DNA of 64,000 nucleotides, from NCBI RefSeq assembly GCF_964188315.1, contig NC_135667.1, forward strand, positions 21,080,001 through 21,144,000, given 5' to 3'. The notes under the pieces were generated by a model. The model searched no databases and had not been told where the DNA came from. It worked only from the letters and a program-made list of their open reading frames with translations. Positions 30,206 through 42,888 of this stretch are shown here, in pieces (the stretch's first letter is position 1; each line of letters starts with the position of its first letter). Position numbers and translations under genes: made by a program. The stretch comes from Podarcis muralis (lineage: Eukaryota).

Positions 30206-33200
30206 ATGCCTGGGGGCAAGGGTGGGAAGCCCCGCGAGGCCGCGAACCCGGCGGCCGCGAGTGTGTCTGAATCCGTGACCGAGCGGGTCCTGCGGGAGGC
30301 GCACTCGCTTTATGTGCATCCGGGTCATGGTGAGAGTTGGGGATGGGACAAGAAGATGGGGGGGTGTCTTCCTGGGTCGGGGGGTGGGGGGCGTCTGAAG
30401 GGTTTCGTGGGGGTGTGTGTGCAGGAGTTAACCTTTCCCCTCCCCCTGCCAGGGCTGGTGTCCATTGGGGGGCGCCTGGGTCTAACTCTGCTCCCACCAC
30501 GCCGCAAAGTGACTGTCATGGTGATGGGCAACCACAGTGCTGGCAAGAGCAGCTTCATCAACTGGTAAGCTGAAGAGGGATATACAAAGGAGGGCAAAGG
30601 GACTCATAGAAATGGTAGGGTTGGAAGGGACTCCAAGGGTCATCCAGACCAACCCCTGCAATGCACGGATCTTTTGCCCAAAGTGGGACTCGAACCCACA
30701 ACCTTGACATTAAGAGACTCATTTTGGGCAAACCCAAGTGAGCTGGAAGCAGAGTATCGTGCCAAAGGGTGTGCTGGCATGGGTGTATGCAGCGCCGAAT
30801 TTACGTATAAGCTAAACAAGCTATAGCTTAGGGCCCCACTCTCTTGGGCTCCCCCCCAAAAAATTAAAGGAAAAAACCTACTGGATGTACATTTCCAAAA
30901 TATTAGATAAAAAACCAAATAAAATAAAACCTACATACAGCAACAGTGGCAAATGGCTTTAGATACCTGTTAGGTCCATAAATTACCATATAGCATATAT
31001 TCAACACGAAAAACAGCGACAATTTGTTGTTGACAAAGGACAGCTGGACATATAAAAGACCCCATTACCTTCAGTAGCTTAGGGCCTCATCAAACCTAAA
31101 TCTGGCCCCGGGTGCATGGCGCTCTGGGGAAATCCTATGGGGTTTGGTGGTGGTGCATTTCAGGTCTCTGCCAAACTTCCAGTTCAACACCCCCCCCCCC
31201 CCCAGTGTTTGATGACTTGAGGAAGGTTTTGCTGCTGAATAGGAGGCATTGGGGTGTCTGCAAGGCTGTTAGGGTGGTTTCTTAACACTGATACATAGTA
31301 ACAAAAGATACAGGTGTCATTTCGTGGAACTCCTTGGTATTTATGCAAGATACTGTTTGCTATGAATTATTGCTAGTTGATGGGTTGGGCAGGATATTCT
31401 GAGTACCAGAGGGCTCGCATTCATCCTGGCTTGTTTCAGTATGCAAAGAGGGGGCTATAATCTATAAGATACCCAGGGTAGTTTTGTGGTGGGAATGGGT
31501 CAAATGACATTTCCATCATTCAAAAGCATCTTGTTCCCTTCAATGTTTTCCTGCAGGTATGTTGAGGAGCACATTCAACGAACCGGTGTAGCTATTGAGA
31601 CTCAGGGTTTCACCTTCATCACTAGTGGAAGGAAGCGAGAATCTCTCACGGTGAGTATTTCCTATAGGCAAGGAGTTCCTAAGTAAAGGTGGTACCACAC
31701 TCACAAAGATTGATTCCTTGTAAATGTGTAACAGTATCAGTTCCACTTATATAAGCAGTTGAGTGTATAAGGTGATCTGGAATAACTGAAGAACTTAAAT
31801 AATGAATTCACATATAGGATGGACCTATGGCCAAGATTTTGTCTGATCTTTTCAATGCTATCTGTACTGTAGTACAGTATCCTGTGTTCTAACTTTTTTT
31901 GTCGTCCCCCCCCCTTTACAGGGTAATGCCACACTCCATCTGTACCCCCATTTCCAGGCCTTGCAGAGTTTCAAAGGTTAGTTGCAAATAATTAAGATCA
32001 AGGAGTGGACCTCTGCATTAAATGGTGACATGAATTGAATCAGTTGTTCCTTAAGGCAGGCAACTGGCATCTACAGGATTTGTGGGTGGCTGTTGAAATC
32101 ATGCCATTAAGTCATTGAGATACGTGGTGTTGTGGAACTCTGCCACCTTGAGTTACACCACAACAGTGGGTAGAATGATTTGGAGTATGATGTTTGTTTT
32201 CAGGAGAGGTAGAGAACAGACACAGTGCTTAGCATCTGTCAGTGGTAAGAGCCTACTTCAGAGTCTTAATTTTCCTCCCCTCTTTCTTTTAGGTGTGCCA
32301 GAGTACCTGAGCACTGAGATCTGTACCTCTAAGCAGAAGCAGTTCCCCCTGGTCACTTTCCTTGACACGCCAGGCTTGGTGGATGGAGACATGAAATATC
32401 CTTTTGATGTGGAAGGGGCACTTATCTGGTTTGGTGAGTGTAGCAGTGTGTATAAACAGAATGGAGTTGTCTCCTGCTGTAGATTCTCTTAATGAATTCC
32501 TCTTTTGGAGGCATTATGCCTCTGAATACCAATTGCTGGGCATTGTGCTCGGGTTCAGCTTGCAGGCTTCCTACAGGGATCTTGATTGATCATTGTGAGG
32601 ACTGAGTGTTGGACTAGATGGGGCTTTGGCCTGATCCGGCAGGCTTTCTTTTTGTTCTTAATCCAGAGCAAAGATGAGGAACCTGTAAGCCTCCAGGTGT
32701 CATTGAACATCAGCTCCCATTATCCCTTACCATTGGCTGTGCCAGCTGGGGTTGAAGGGAATTGGATTCCAGTGACCTCTGGAGGTCCACATTTTCACCA
32801 TTCCTGATCTAGAAAATGGCATCGGGAAGAACTGCTATTCTGAATCAAGCTAGTATTCAAAAGAAAATGGACCTGTGGGCGGGGGGGACCCAGATTGGAG
32901 GTATAAAGAAAGGAAACTCTGGGGTACAAAGATGTGGTGGTTGGAATCTGGAGGGAAATTTGATTTTTTTTGCTGTTTTCTTTCCTAATTAGGTTTTTGC
33001 TGTTTTCTTTCATAATTAGTAATAAGTGTCTTTGGGAGAATTTGTGAAAATATCTTTGCAAGTGATGAGAAAACTTCGTGGCAAGAATTCACAGAGAAAT
33101 GCCACATTGCCACAGTGGCAGTAGGGATAATATTTTAGCACGAGGCATCTTTTACTGTAGATTAACTCCCTTCTTCTGTCATTGTCTTGGCTTCCAGGCC

Positions 33201-36013
33201 AGCTCTGCGACCTCATCCTGGTCTTTTTTGACCCCATGGGACAGGCCCTTTGCAAACGCACTCTCAACATTGTGGAGAACCTCAATGAGGGGCACGGAGA
33301 CAAGCTGCATTTTTACCTCAGCAAGGCTGATGAGGCGGGTGCAGAAGGTGACAGACAGGTACTCTCACAGGGTGAGGTTGTCTTGGGGATAATGATCAAG
33401 AAATGGGAGACAGAATGTCTGTTTCAGTAAGGGAAGCAGCCTAGAGCAGCACAAGGTCTTTCCCTTTTTCTTGATTCTGATCTGTTCTCTTTCCTGACAG
33501 AGGGTGCTGATGCAAATTGTCCAGGAACTCTGCAAGCGCCCAGGCCTCAATAAGTGCGGGTTTGATATGCCCACAATCTACATCCCCAACTCCAATAAGG
33601 TGAGTGGCAACCCTTTGCCATTTCAGAGGTGGCAGTGATGGGTAAGCCTCCATGAAGTAAAGTTAATGAAAAGGTGGGAAGCCTTGGGAAGAGGGAAGAA
33701 AAAATGCAAAACAATTGCACCTTGGTGTGTTTGAGAAAAGTGAGATTTGCTAGGAGGATGTTGATGGGCTATGAATGGTGGTGTGTGTAACCAGCCTAAC
33801 TGTCCCTCAGCCAAGCCGGTGCGTTAATCAGATTGAGGAGATCTGCCGAACCATCGAGAAGACAATCAGCCAAACTGTGCAGCACACACTCAACGCTTTG
33901 GAGCGGGACTGCCACCTCATTGAGGAGGCCACGCAGCGTTTGCTAGAAGAGGACAAGTAAGAGCGCGGCATTGTGGGAAGCGAAAGAAGAATGTCTTGAA
34001 CGTTGCCATATTCCTCATAAGAGCTGGAGCTGCTTGTCAGTCTGTGAAGGGGTGGGCTGTGCGGACCAGTTGGCCGGGAGCAGGGTAGCGCATCAAATCA
34101 CAGGTGGAAGAATGGAGTGTGAAGTTTTTTATGGGATGAAAAGGCAGGTTAGCGAGCCCACCTGGCCGCCCTGAAGTGAAATGCATGTGGGAGGGACATT
34201 GAGCAGTTAATTAACGTGTGTTTGGGGCCGGAGAGATCTTCTCTAGAAATTGTGAAAGAGATTGGAGAGGAAATCAGGAAATAGACACCTATGAGTGCAT
34301 TAGGGGTAGCAGGATTTGAGTGCCTGGGACATTGTAGTGGTCTTCCTCGTTCCCAGGTGTGTGTGTTTTGCTCTTTTTCTCTCCTCTCTATGTGCCCAGC
34401 GTGGCCAGAAACAGCAACTTCCGCGCTCGTTTCCGGGGAGCGCTGCTTGGGCTAGCAGGCTGCCTCCTGCCCATCTTTCTCCTCGTGACCTTGCTCTTTG
34501 GTACAGCCTTTGCTCGCCAACTCTGGACTTTGGTGTTGGGAGAAGAGCAAAGCCAGGCGTTAGAGCTGTCCATGGTGAGTGCTTTTTTTTGCTTACCTTC
34601 CCTCAATTCAGCTTCCCATTGCTCCTCAGTGCCCCATAATCACTATTTCCCCCCGTGCTTTCTCAGGATGCTCCTCAGTTAAGCTGCATTACACTTTTTA
34701 TGACTGGAGCCATGTATTATCCACATTTCTGTGCAAGTGTAAAAGTAATAGTGTAGCAGAATCTCTGCTTTCATTTGGAGGGGCAGGGGAGAGGCGAAGC
34801 CATATTTTAGCTTTCATGTATAAGAGGATAGACAGGTTTGAAAGCAAGCTTTTAAAAGGAGCAATTAGAAAATTGCCATCCTTTCCTCACTTGTGCATCT
34901 CTGGAGGGTGGAAGAAATAAGTCAGAAGGTTGTATCCAGGCTTTACCCAGACTAGACCCACTGAAAAGAATGAAAAAAAGAAAAAAGAAAAGAATGGACC
35001 TAAGTTAATAGTGCACATTATTATTAATGGGCATCCTCTGAGTGTGACTAACTGGATATACCCTGTAGTCACAAATGCTAGATAAATTAACTTTGATACA
35101 AATAACTATGGCTGTGTGCTGTCTATAATTCTTCCCCCATGCAACATGGTTGCAGGATTCAGTGCAGTACGAATCCCAATTTTCTTTCTTTCTTTTTTCT
35201 TAAATAAGAAAACTGTGTTTTTTTGGGGGGGAAACAACCGTGGTTCTTTAAAAAGTAAACAAAATAAATTTGGGCAGCGCCTAGATAGTAGAACACTTGA
35301 TGATAAATATAATTAGAGCATGCATGCTTATATTGCTTATTTTTTGCGGGACACAGAATTTCAATTTTGTCAGTAGGAAATTTGGATTGCCTTGCCATAA
35401 AATGTTTGGATTTTTAGTAAAAAAATATTTAAAGAATGCAAACTCTTGTGTCTTACACCCACTATCTTATTTTTCAGCGTCCAGTTGCTTCCATGTGGAG
35501 CCTTGTCCCTGAAGAGCAAACCTTAACAGTATTCTTTGGTCTTCTTGGCCTCTCAATTCTCCTCCTGCTCTTGGCCAGTTACACTTTCAGGTAAGAAACT
35601 CTCGGCTTAACGCTAAGAGAGCCTTGTGCAGAGGAGACATGCACCACACTAACGTATCCCTCCTCCTTTCTTGTTTAGGACAAAGCCCACTCTCTCAAAG
35701 AAACAAAAGCGGCAGCTGGAGGACAGGCGAGACTACGTAGTGGACGTGGTGCTAGAAAAAAAGGTTGACAGCTTTGGGAATTTGGTTTGGAGTTATGACA
35801 CGGGGCTTGGCATCTGTGCCAAAGGATCATGCTTAGGAGAGGCAGGGTTCATGACTCCTGTGTGGGATTCTGGGTAATGGTAGGTTGGGGATATCCTTCC
35901 TAGGAGAAGGGGCTGGCCAGTGTATCAGGTTACAAGTAATTCTGTTTTTTCTGCAGAGACAGCTCTATGAGGAATACCTTCGCCAAAGCATCGGCGAGCA
36001 GGACCTGAGCTGA
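30206..36013 (+). CDS. Uncharacterised EHD/sarcalumenin/dynamin-like P-loop NTPase with two C-terminal TM segments, 453 aa
   Basis: 12 GT-AG exons: 30206-30329, 30453-30564, 31557-31650, 31922-31976, 32293-32433, 33198-33358, 33501-33599, 33811-33956, 34400-34574, 35478-35590, 35679-35763, 35957-36013. They sum to 1362 bp, with consistent phases and no internal stop. G1 GNHSAGKS (30527-30550), G3 DTPG (32364-32375), G4 SKAD (33320-33331). Confidence 0.92.
30602..30745 (-). mobile_element. tRNA-Lys-derived SINE with CR1-type tail
   Basis: rc GAGTCTCTTAATGTCAAGGTTGTGGGTTCGAGTCCCACTTTGGGC (Lys-CTT-like, B box), followed by ..GGATGACCCTTGGAGTCCCTTCCAACCCTACCATTTCTATGA. Confidence 0.75.
30790..31110. 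mobile_element. hAT-like MITE
   Basis: TIRs cagcgccgaattta / taaatctggccccg; 8-bp TSD ggtgtatg / ggtgcatg. Confidence 0.7.
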
Positions 36014-37793
36014 AACTCCTCCCTAATGGATTCAAAGAGACTGCCAATCCCCTGCCACGTTAAAATCTCTCCCCTCTGAGTCACTCCAGAGAACAGAGAT
36101 TTGTACAGCAACTGTGAACCGTCCTAAGGGGCCAGGTTTTTTTAAAAAAAATGCCACTTCATGGGACTCTAATTGACTTGGCATCTGTTCTACATAGGTC
36201 AACTCCTTGTATTTGATTGGATAGGAGTGGGCACCCTGTGTTCTTCTGAACTGGGATCAATCACACCAGTGGTGCCCTGCGTCCACACTTGTTACGAGTC
36301 CTGCTAAGGCTGCTACACTTAACTTTTAATGGGATGGTGCCTCTGTGGCCTCATGAGGGAGCAACAGCAGCCTTGTCCAGCTGCTTTTTGCACCTGATTG
36401 AACTATGTCACTCCTAAATAACCAAGTTTTTAATTGGCAACACTATAAGCTGATAATGCTCTTTTACTGGCTACTAACATCATTTTCATTAAGATGGGGA
36501 CCGCCTGTCTTCATGACCCTAACTTGGTACTCCCCTCCTTTGGCAATGCATCACCTCTGCATCACTTCCACCTGTAACTAGCCTTGGCCCATCCACTGTC
36601 CCTTAGGATGACTTTTGTCTCTGTTAAATGTCAGGTTCAGTGTCTTCTTCTTGTCCTTTGGCAAGCAATACCTCATACCTCTGAACATCTCTGGATGTTG
36701 CATTAGGACTTGGAGATGCCCATGTCATCCTCCGTCTCACACTACGAAGTGCCTTCAACTGATACCAGCTCTTGAGGGGAAGTCAGGACATTTTTGCCGA
36801 TAACCACTGTCCTCTCGTTCGTTCTGCAGTCCTACCTATGCTGATACTTAACGCTGTGAATTCTCACCATAACTGCATTTTTAATATAAGCTATACTGTC
36901 TCCAGCACTCATTGTAGCATACTGGGAGTCTCATCCCACACATCTAGTGGCACCTGTCTGGAAAAAAGGGCTGTCTCAGCTAATTTCCCTCATATGGGTC
37001 CCTCAGCTGCATTCATTGATTCTCAGACATCTCCGTTGTAATCTCTGTGCCTCGTGAAATGGCTAAAGATGGTGTGTCCATGAGAGAGAGTGATCTTGCC
37101 ATCTGTTTTGAGATACTCCACATATTGAGGCAAGTGACAGTAGCAGTAACCAATCATGTTGTGAGGATCAGAAACTTTTCAGTGTAGAGGGAGGTATTTT
37201 TCTCTAATCCCTTGCTTTAAGAGACTTGGATGTAAACCATGATCCAAGAGAAATGGCTTAATTTGAGTTTCTAAATTACCCTCACAGCTGCACAAAAATG
37301 TTACAATCGGGGTTATAACTTCTCAAGCCCTATCCCCAAATGGGATTGTGGTGGTGCTAGTCAATGGAACAGGGGCGCAAGAGTTCAATTTCAATCGTCT
37401 TTCTCTCCCTACAAACAGAAAATAACCCATGGTATGTATGCCAACTACCAACTTCCAAGTTTGTCAAGAGATTGCTTTGCTTCAGGAAAGGAGAGGAGCC
37501 AGAATTTATGGCTGTGTCACTGCTAATCGGCTCACCATTTTGGTTCCTCCCCACCACTTTCTGAAGCTTTGTGTCTTTTGTTGGTACGAACTGATACTAA
37601 GGTGGTGATGGGGAAGAGGAGGGGTGTAGCCTGAAATTCGTAAAATGTACTCATTAGAAGCTGTTTTAAAATTTGCTGGTATGAACCCCTTGCCTAGGGC
37701 TTCAGTAAAACAAGTTTCTCTTTCCGCAATGTGCTCCAGCAAACATTACCACTAAGGGTGGGTGTGGGGAGGATGGCGCATTTAATAAAGCTC

Positions 37794-37799
37794 GCTGTA
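37794..37799 (+). terminator. Candidate poly(A) signal of the NTPase gene
   Basis: First canonical AATAAA I found after the stop; implies a 3'UTR of about 1.8 kb. Confidence 0.4.
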
Positions 37800-38213
37800 G
37801 AATTTGCCTTGCCTTCTTTTTTTCATCCAGAAGCTTTTAGTCCTCACATGTAGCTCCTTCCCCTCCTGGTGTTAATTTCTGCTTTTTCCTCATGTTTCCT
37901 GGCCCAGCTCCATTCAAATGAGTGTCACAAGAAAACAGTCATGCATCTTTATTTAATCTAGAAAGTACATTGGTTTGGGGTGTGCAATTTGAATATATTG
38001 CCTTCCCTTCTGCCCTTTCTGGTGCTCTGTGGATGCAGCTTTTCTATGAATTCATGCTATCCACGATTTTCCCAGTTTCACTACTTGTAGATCACCAGCT
38101 ACCACCCCAAAATTGGGAAAAGGGCAAATACTTTTACATAGGCAATTACATATCAGTAAGTAAGCGGGTGAAGAGTTTCCACCCCCAGGCAAGATATTAA
38201 AATCTGTATATTG

Positions 38214-38600
38214 TTTATTTGATACATTTGTATATCAACTGTATATAACCCTTTGTAAATTTACCTCAGGGCAGTTTGCAATACAATTTTAAAAACCCAA
38301 ACCCAAATGGAAAGGCTTGGAAGGTTTTATTTTCTATTCTGAGCTTAAATATGCGTCCTTCCATTGGCCTTTATGAGGTGAGAGGGATGGCTGCTGCGGC
38401 CGTCTCTTCCTCATTCTCATCCTCGTTGGTTTTTGGGCTGGGCTGCGGTCATCTTGACCATCTTCAGCATCACTCTCACTTGCTGCGAGCAGTAGACCTT
38501 GTTCCTCCTCAAAAGAAACCACCGTTGCGTGGCGTTCATCTATCTCCGTATCGACGTTGCCGTTGTGTCCAGAACCTGAGTGTTGTGATCAGACTCAGAG
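38214..38600 (-). other. NUPR1: NUPR1 non-coding last exon (3'UTR)
   Basis: Acceptor ctcacttttccccccacag at 38601; AATAAA on the - strand at 38326-38331 and 38214-38219; upstream donor CAG|GTGAGA 9 nt after the stop. Confidence 0.7.
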
Positions 38601-38756
38601 CTGTGGGGGGAAAAGTGAGGGAAAGATTTGTGAGCAGTGCGGATCACAATTTCCTGTGGCCAATGTGTGAGTATTAGCTTGACACCTGATCCACACATTG
38701 CCAGAAGGACGGCCATTTTGTTAAGCAGCACAGAGGAGGCCTCTCACCTGCGTTTT

Positions 38757-40054
38757 TCATTTCTTGGATGCTGGCCCTTTCCGTTTTTGCTCTGTGCGTT
38801 GCAGCTTCAATACTATCTTACGTTCATGGCCCCCAGGATTTGGGCGGTTTGTATGATCCTCCGCCTCTTTCTTGGAACGACCTTTGCGGGAGGAGCCACC
38901 TGGTGGAACCAAACACAAGTTAATAGTATTCTGCATCACAGGCAGTTGGACTATAATTTCCCCAAACGGCTAATTATTTTGAGGGTGAGGGGTGGCTATG
39001 CACTAGCGTGCATCTGCTTCTCTAGTGTTACTAGGGGTAGGGATTCTGCAGCTTTTAGCTAATGCTAATTTCACCACACACCCCTAGCCTAAGAAGCAGG
39101 TTTCTTCCAGAGAAGTGAGCTGCTATGGCCTGTCCTTTGCATACGCAGTTTTCCTGGGTGATGAAGAAAAGCAGCCTAGGGAGCTGTGACTTAAGCCCTT
39201 TAACTTTTTCCCCTGTAGTCATTTTTTGCTACTCGAAATCATACCCTCTAGCTGCTTTTCCACCCATGGAGGAAAAGACTTGAACAGCTACAGGTGATTC
39301 ATGCAGCGACAGTAGATCTTTGCTAGTCATCTTGTGAATCAGGCACTACCAGAGTGATTCACATTTATGCATGGCTCTGTTTGTGAAGAGCATTCCAATG
39401 GTAACTTGGGGCTGTTTGTTTATAAGGAAAAACGCACCACATGACTGACCCACAACATCCAGGGATGCCTTCGCTTAGTACTGAGTTGTTAACCCTTTGA
39501 CATCCTTTCCCCCCGCTGTAGGCAAGCCACAAAATGACTACAGTATAATGCTATTACAGACCAGTAACCTGTTTTAACCAGCTTTATGGCAGCACACAGC
39601 TGGAGTGGTTAAAGATGCACAAAAACTTGGCTTGCAAGGCATGTATGTGGGTGAAGCTGGAATTCAAATTTTAGGGTGGAGGATTTGTGAAAAGGGAATC
39701 AGGGGTGTTGGAATTTAATGCAGCAAACAGAGGTGCAATCTTTTGCACGGGATCACTCACAGCTTGCTGTTCAGCATTACGGTTTTACACTGCCCCTAGC
39801 TCCCTGCCATCCTTCTATACGTTTCTTCTTTATCTATGCCAGTGTTTTTCAAACGACCCAGAGCATAGTTTCTACTGCAACCCTAAGAATCCCTTCACAA
39901 TATGGGATTTTCCCATCCTTGGGTTCTCCCCCATTTCTGCAGTGCACTTACTGCTGTATCTGTCCGTCAGGCTGTAGAAATCATACTGGTCAAAGTATTC
40001 CACCTCGAAAGGCGTTGGGTGTAGCTTCTCGACTTGGACGAAAGAAGTCGACAT
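38757..40054 (-). CDS. NUPR1: Nuclear protein 1 (p8), 81 aa
   Basis: Exons 40054-39952 and 38899-38757 (246 bp): MSTSFVQVEKLHPTPFEVEYFDQYDFYSLTDRYSSGSSRKGRSKKEAEDHTNRPNPGGHERKIVLKLQRTEQKRKGPASKK. Matches the p8 motif RKGRTKREAAANTNRPSPGGHERK; the position next to SGF29 matches human. Confidence 0.95.
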
Positions 40055-40269
40055 GCTGGGACCGATCTTTCGTTGACAGCTAGTGGAGAAAAAGGAAGGA
40101 AGGAATGACAACAACCAGGAGTTCAAAGTGCTATCTGTCTTCTCTGTGAGCCTGTTTTTCTCTCTCAATGTGTTTGGGAGACAACATATATATATACACC
40201 CCCAACAACACCCACAATTGCATCATCCTCTTCCACCCCTTAAAGCTACAGGCAACAGATCTCAGAATC

Positions 40270-40317
40270 TGATGCAACTGGTAAAATATCTGATGCTGCC
40301 AATCTCCTTCACGTGAC
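40270..40317. promoter_or_regulatory. NUPR1 upstream C/EBP-ATF element, CCAAT and CLEAR-like E-box
   Basis: TGATGCAAC at 40270-40278, CCAAT at 40299-40303 and TCACGTGAC at 40309-40317, 220-260 bp upstream of the ATG. Confidence 0.6.
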
Positions 40318-41154
40318 AATACAATCTCCTTTTCCGTATGCTCAAGGACTTCCCACTCCCACCCCTCACCTGATCCTATAACCAAAACTTCCCGTCAAGA
40401 ACATGCAATCCAAACATCTCCTGAGTAATTTGATTAGCACAATGAATGTTGCCCAGAGGCTTATGTGAAATGTAAATTTCTCTGCAAGGTGGTTACCCGG
40501 GAGTGCTGAGGGCTGGGCATCATTCTGCTCACAAGATGACCTGATCCACTTTGTGTATATTTGAGAGGGTCTATGTGTCGATCATTAATGTCTATTGACC
40601 ATGACTGTCTTTGACAGAAAGCTGAAATAATCAACATTATAACCACATTCCTTAGTTCAGGTGTAGAATCTACTGCTTACTTTTTATTGATCACGTACTC
40701 AAAATTACAGTGTGAACTACTTGTTAGATTAGTGGACTAGTAACTAGGACTATTACTTCCAGATAAGTTAGTCCTGTTAGTCCGTTCCACGGGGGAAATT
40801 TTTTTTTGCAGCACAATCAAGACTAGTAGATTATGGCATAAACTTTCAACTCCATTGCATCATATCTGTCTATGAATCAATATGCCATAGATCTGATGGC
40901 ATATGCTTCACAAAAGCTTATGCCAAAATAATCTGTTTTTAAAGTGCCACAAGATTATTTTTTTTAATGTGGACTAGTAACATCTTTAAATTACCCTTCT
41001 GGGCATACAGAGTTCTAGTGTTTATATCTTATTTCAGTGCAATCTTGCCTATGGAATGATGATTCTACGCTGTGTTATACTGGCTTACATATTGTAAAAG
41101 CCACTTTAAATTGTCCCACACAGTGTAGTGAGTGGTTTGTATAGTACCTTGCAG

Positions 41155-41290
41155 CAGTGTTTCCCAACCTTGTGCCTCCAGCTGTTTTTGAACTACAACT
41201 CCCATCATCCCTGACTAGCAAGACCAGTGGCAAGGGATGGTGGGAATTGTAGTCCAAAAACAGCTGAAGGCACAAGGTTGGGAAACACTG
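41155..41290. mobile_element. Palindromic hAT MITE carrying ACTACAA(C/T)TCCC on both arms
   Basis: cagtgtttcccaacc...ggttgggaaacactg; 8-bp TSD ccttgcag. Related pieces at about 12600-12705, 28210-28300, 46080-46140, 53760-53870 and 61590-61665. Confidence 0.85.
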
Positions 41291-42888
41291 CCTTGCAGCA
41301 CCAAGTAAGCAGTGTTTACCTCCATCACTGCACCTGAGAAACTAGGTTTGTAATGCCACGGAGCACAGGATTGTTCTTTAATGGTCTGAAGCTACAGGAG
41401 GGTAAATTTTGGTAGAATATTAGGAGAAACTCATTGACAGTAAGCACTGTTTGAAAATGGAGCCCCCTGCCAAGAGCTCTCCTTCAGTGGAGATCTTCAG
41501 GCAGAGGATGGATAGGTGGACATCTTATGTGGGTGCTCTAGCTTAGGATTTCCTGTGTGGAGCAAGGGGTGGGGTGGGCCAGAAGTCCTCATGCCCCCTC
41601 CAACTCTGTGATTGTGTTGGATAGCAATCGCCACCGGAAGTGGTCTAAAGTGGCTTTCATATATTCCAGTCCCTTATCCTATGCTGAGATACGTCTTCTT
41701 GCATTTCCGGCTCCATGCTTTTGTGTCTCTCTTGTAGCTTCTGGCGTCCACCTGCAAGCTGAGATTCCCCACATCTGCTGAACAGATAGACAGGGGATCC
41801 CTGTGTGCTGAGCATGGATGCCATAGGCTGGCCATCTGTTGCAGAGGGCAGTCCTCTGTTGGAAGGAATCCTCTGTTTTATATGCAACTGCCAGGGATTG
41901 GGAGTCCCTGTGTTGATTACTTATAATATTTCTCTAGTGTCTGTTAAGATGCTAATCTACACATGCTCTGAGAAATTATTCATACAGAACCAAGAAATGC
42001 AATCCAATTTATCAGCTTTTTATCCCACTGTTCCTCAAAGGAGCTCAAGCTGGCACACACCTCTCCTCCAGCTCCCCTGCATTTTATCCTCACAGCAACC
42101 CTTTGAGGTAGTTTAGGCTGAGGGTGCATGACTGGCCCAAGGTGGACTTCATTGGTGAGAGGGAATTTGAACCCAGGATCCCTGGTCCTAGTCTAACCCT
42201 AAGTACTGCACCACACCAGTTCGTGGAATCAACTCTAGACCCAAATTTTGATCTGTTATTTCTTTGTGCTGGTGTGCTGCCCTGAATTTTCTACCTGGTG
42301 TTGTGTCTCACGTTCCCCCTAGGCAGGGCCCTTTCGCTCTCTTTTCCTAATTTGTGTATTTTTATCTGACTGAGGCCTTGTGGTTTGGATCCTGCCCAAG
42401 ACACACAAGCAGATCAAGTCACAAGGAGAGGCTGAGTCAATGTTATTGTTATGCTCCAAGGTGACTCTACTGCTGTTCCTGTTTTTCCTTGAAGCAATAC
42501 TTTTTCCCCATACCAGATCCCAGCTACTGCTCTTATGCTGTTAATTGGGTTGCAGTGGAAGCTAGAGTTGTTTTAAGAGTAAGAGATGAAGAGGCAAAGT
42601 GCCGTACGTGTGTGTGGTTCTGTGTTCAACAGAAATCTAGAGACAGCTGTCACATTAACCATTTTTGCCAAAACAGACGTAATGTGAGAGATCTGTGATG
42701 GTATTGCCTGACCTTATTTTTTAAAAATTCTTAAATTAGCCATGGGGGTGGGTGGGGGTGAAATTTTTAGCAGAGCAGCTGACCTGGAGGAGGAGATTTA
42801 ACTGCTAACCTACACCTCTCACACCATTTTATTGTTCTAAATCTAGGGCTGGACCTACCATTTAGGGGTGACCACCTCAAGCAACAGG

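Noticed and set aside
30673-30745. tRNA-Lys-like sequence
   Set aside because: The 5' half is degraded and it is fused to a CR1-type tail, so it is a SINE, not a tRNA gene. The same applies to the tRNA-Ile-like head at 5303-5409.
38334-38677. ORFs on both strands in the NUPR1 last exon (e.g. MVSFEEEQGLLL.. and the 133-aa + ORF)
   Set aside because: They fall in the 3'UTR after the NUPR1 stop; no recognisable homology and no independent promoter.
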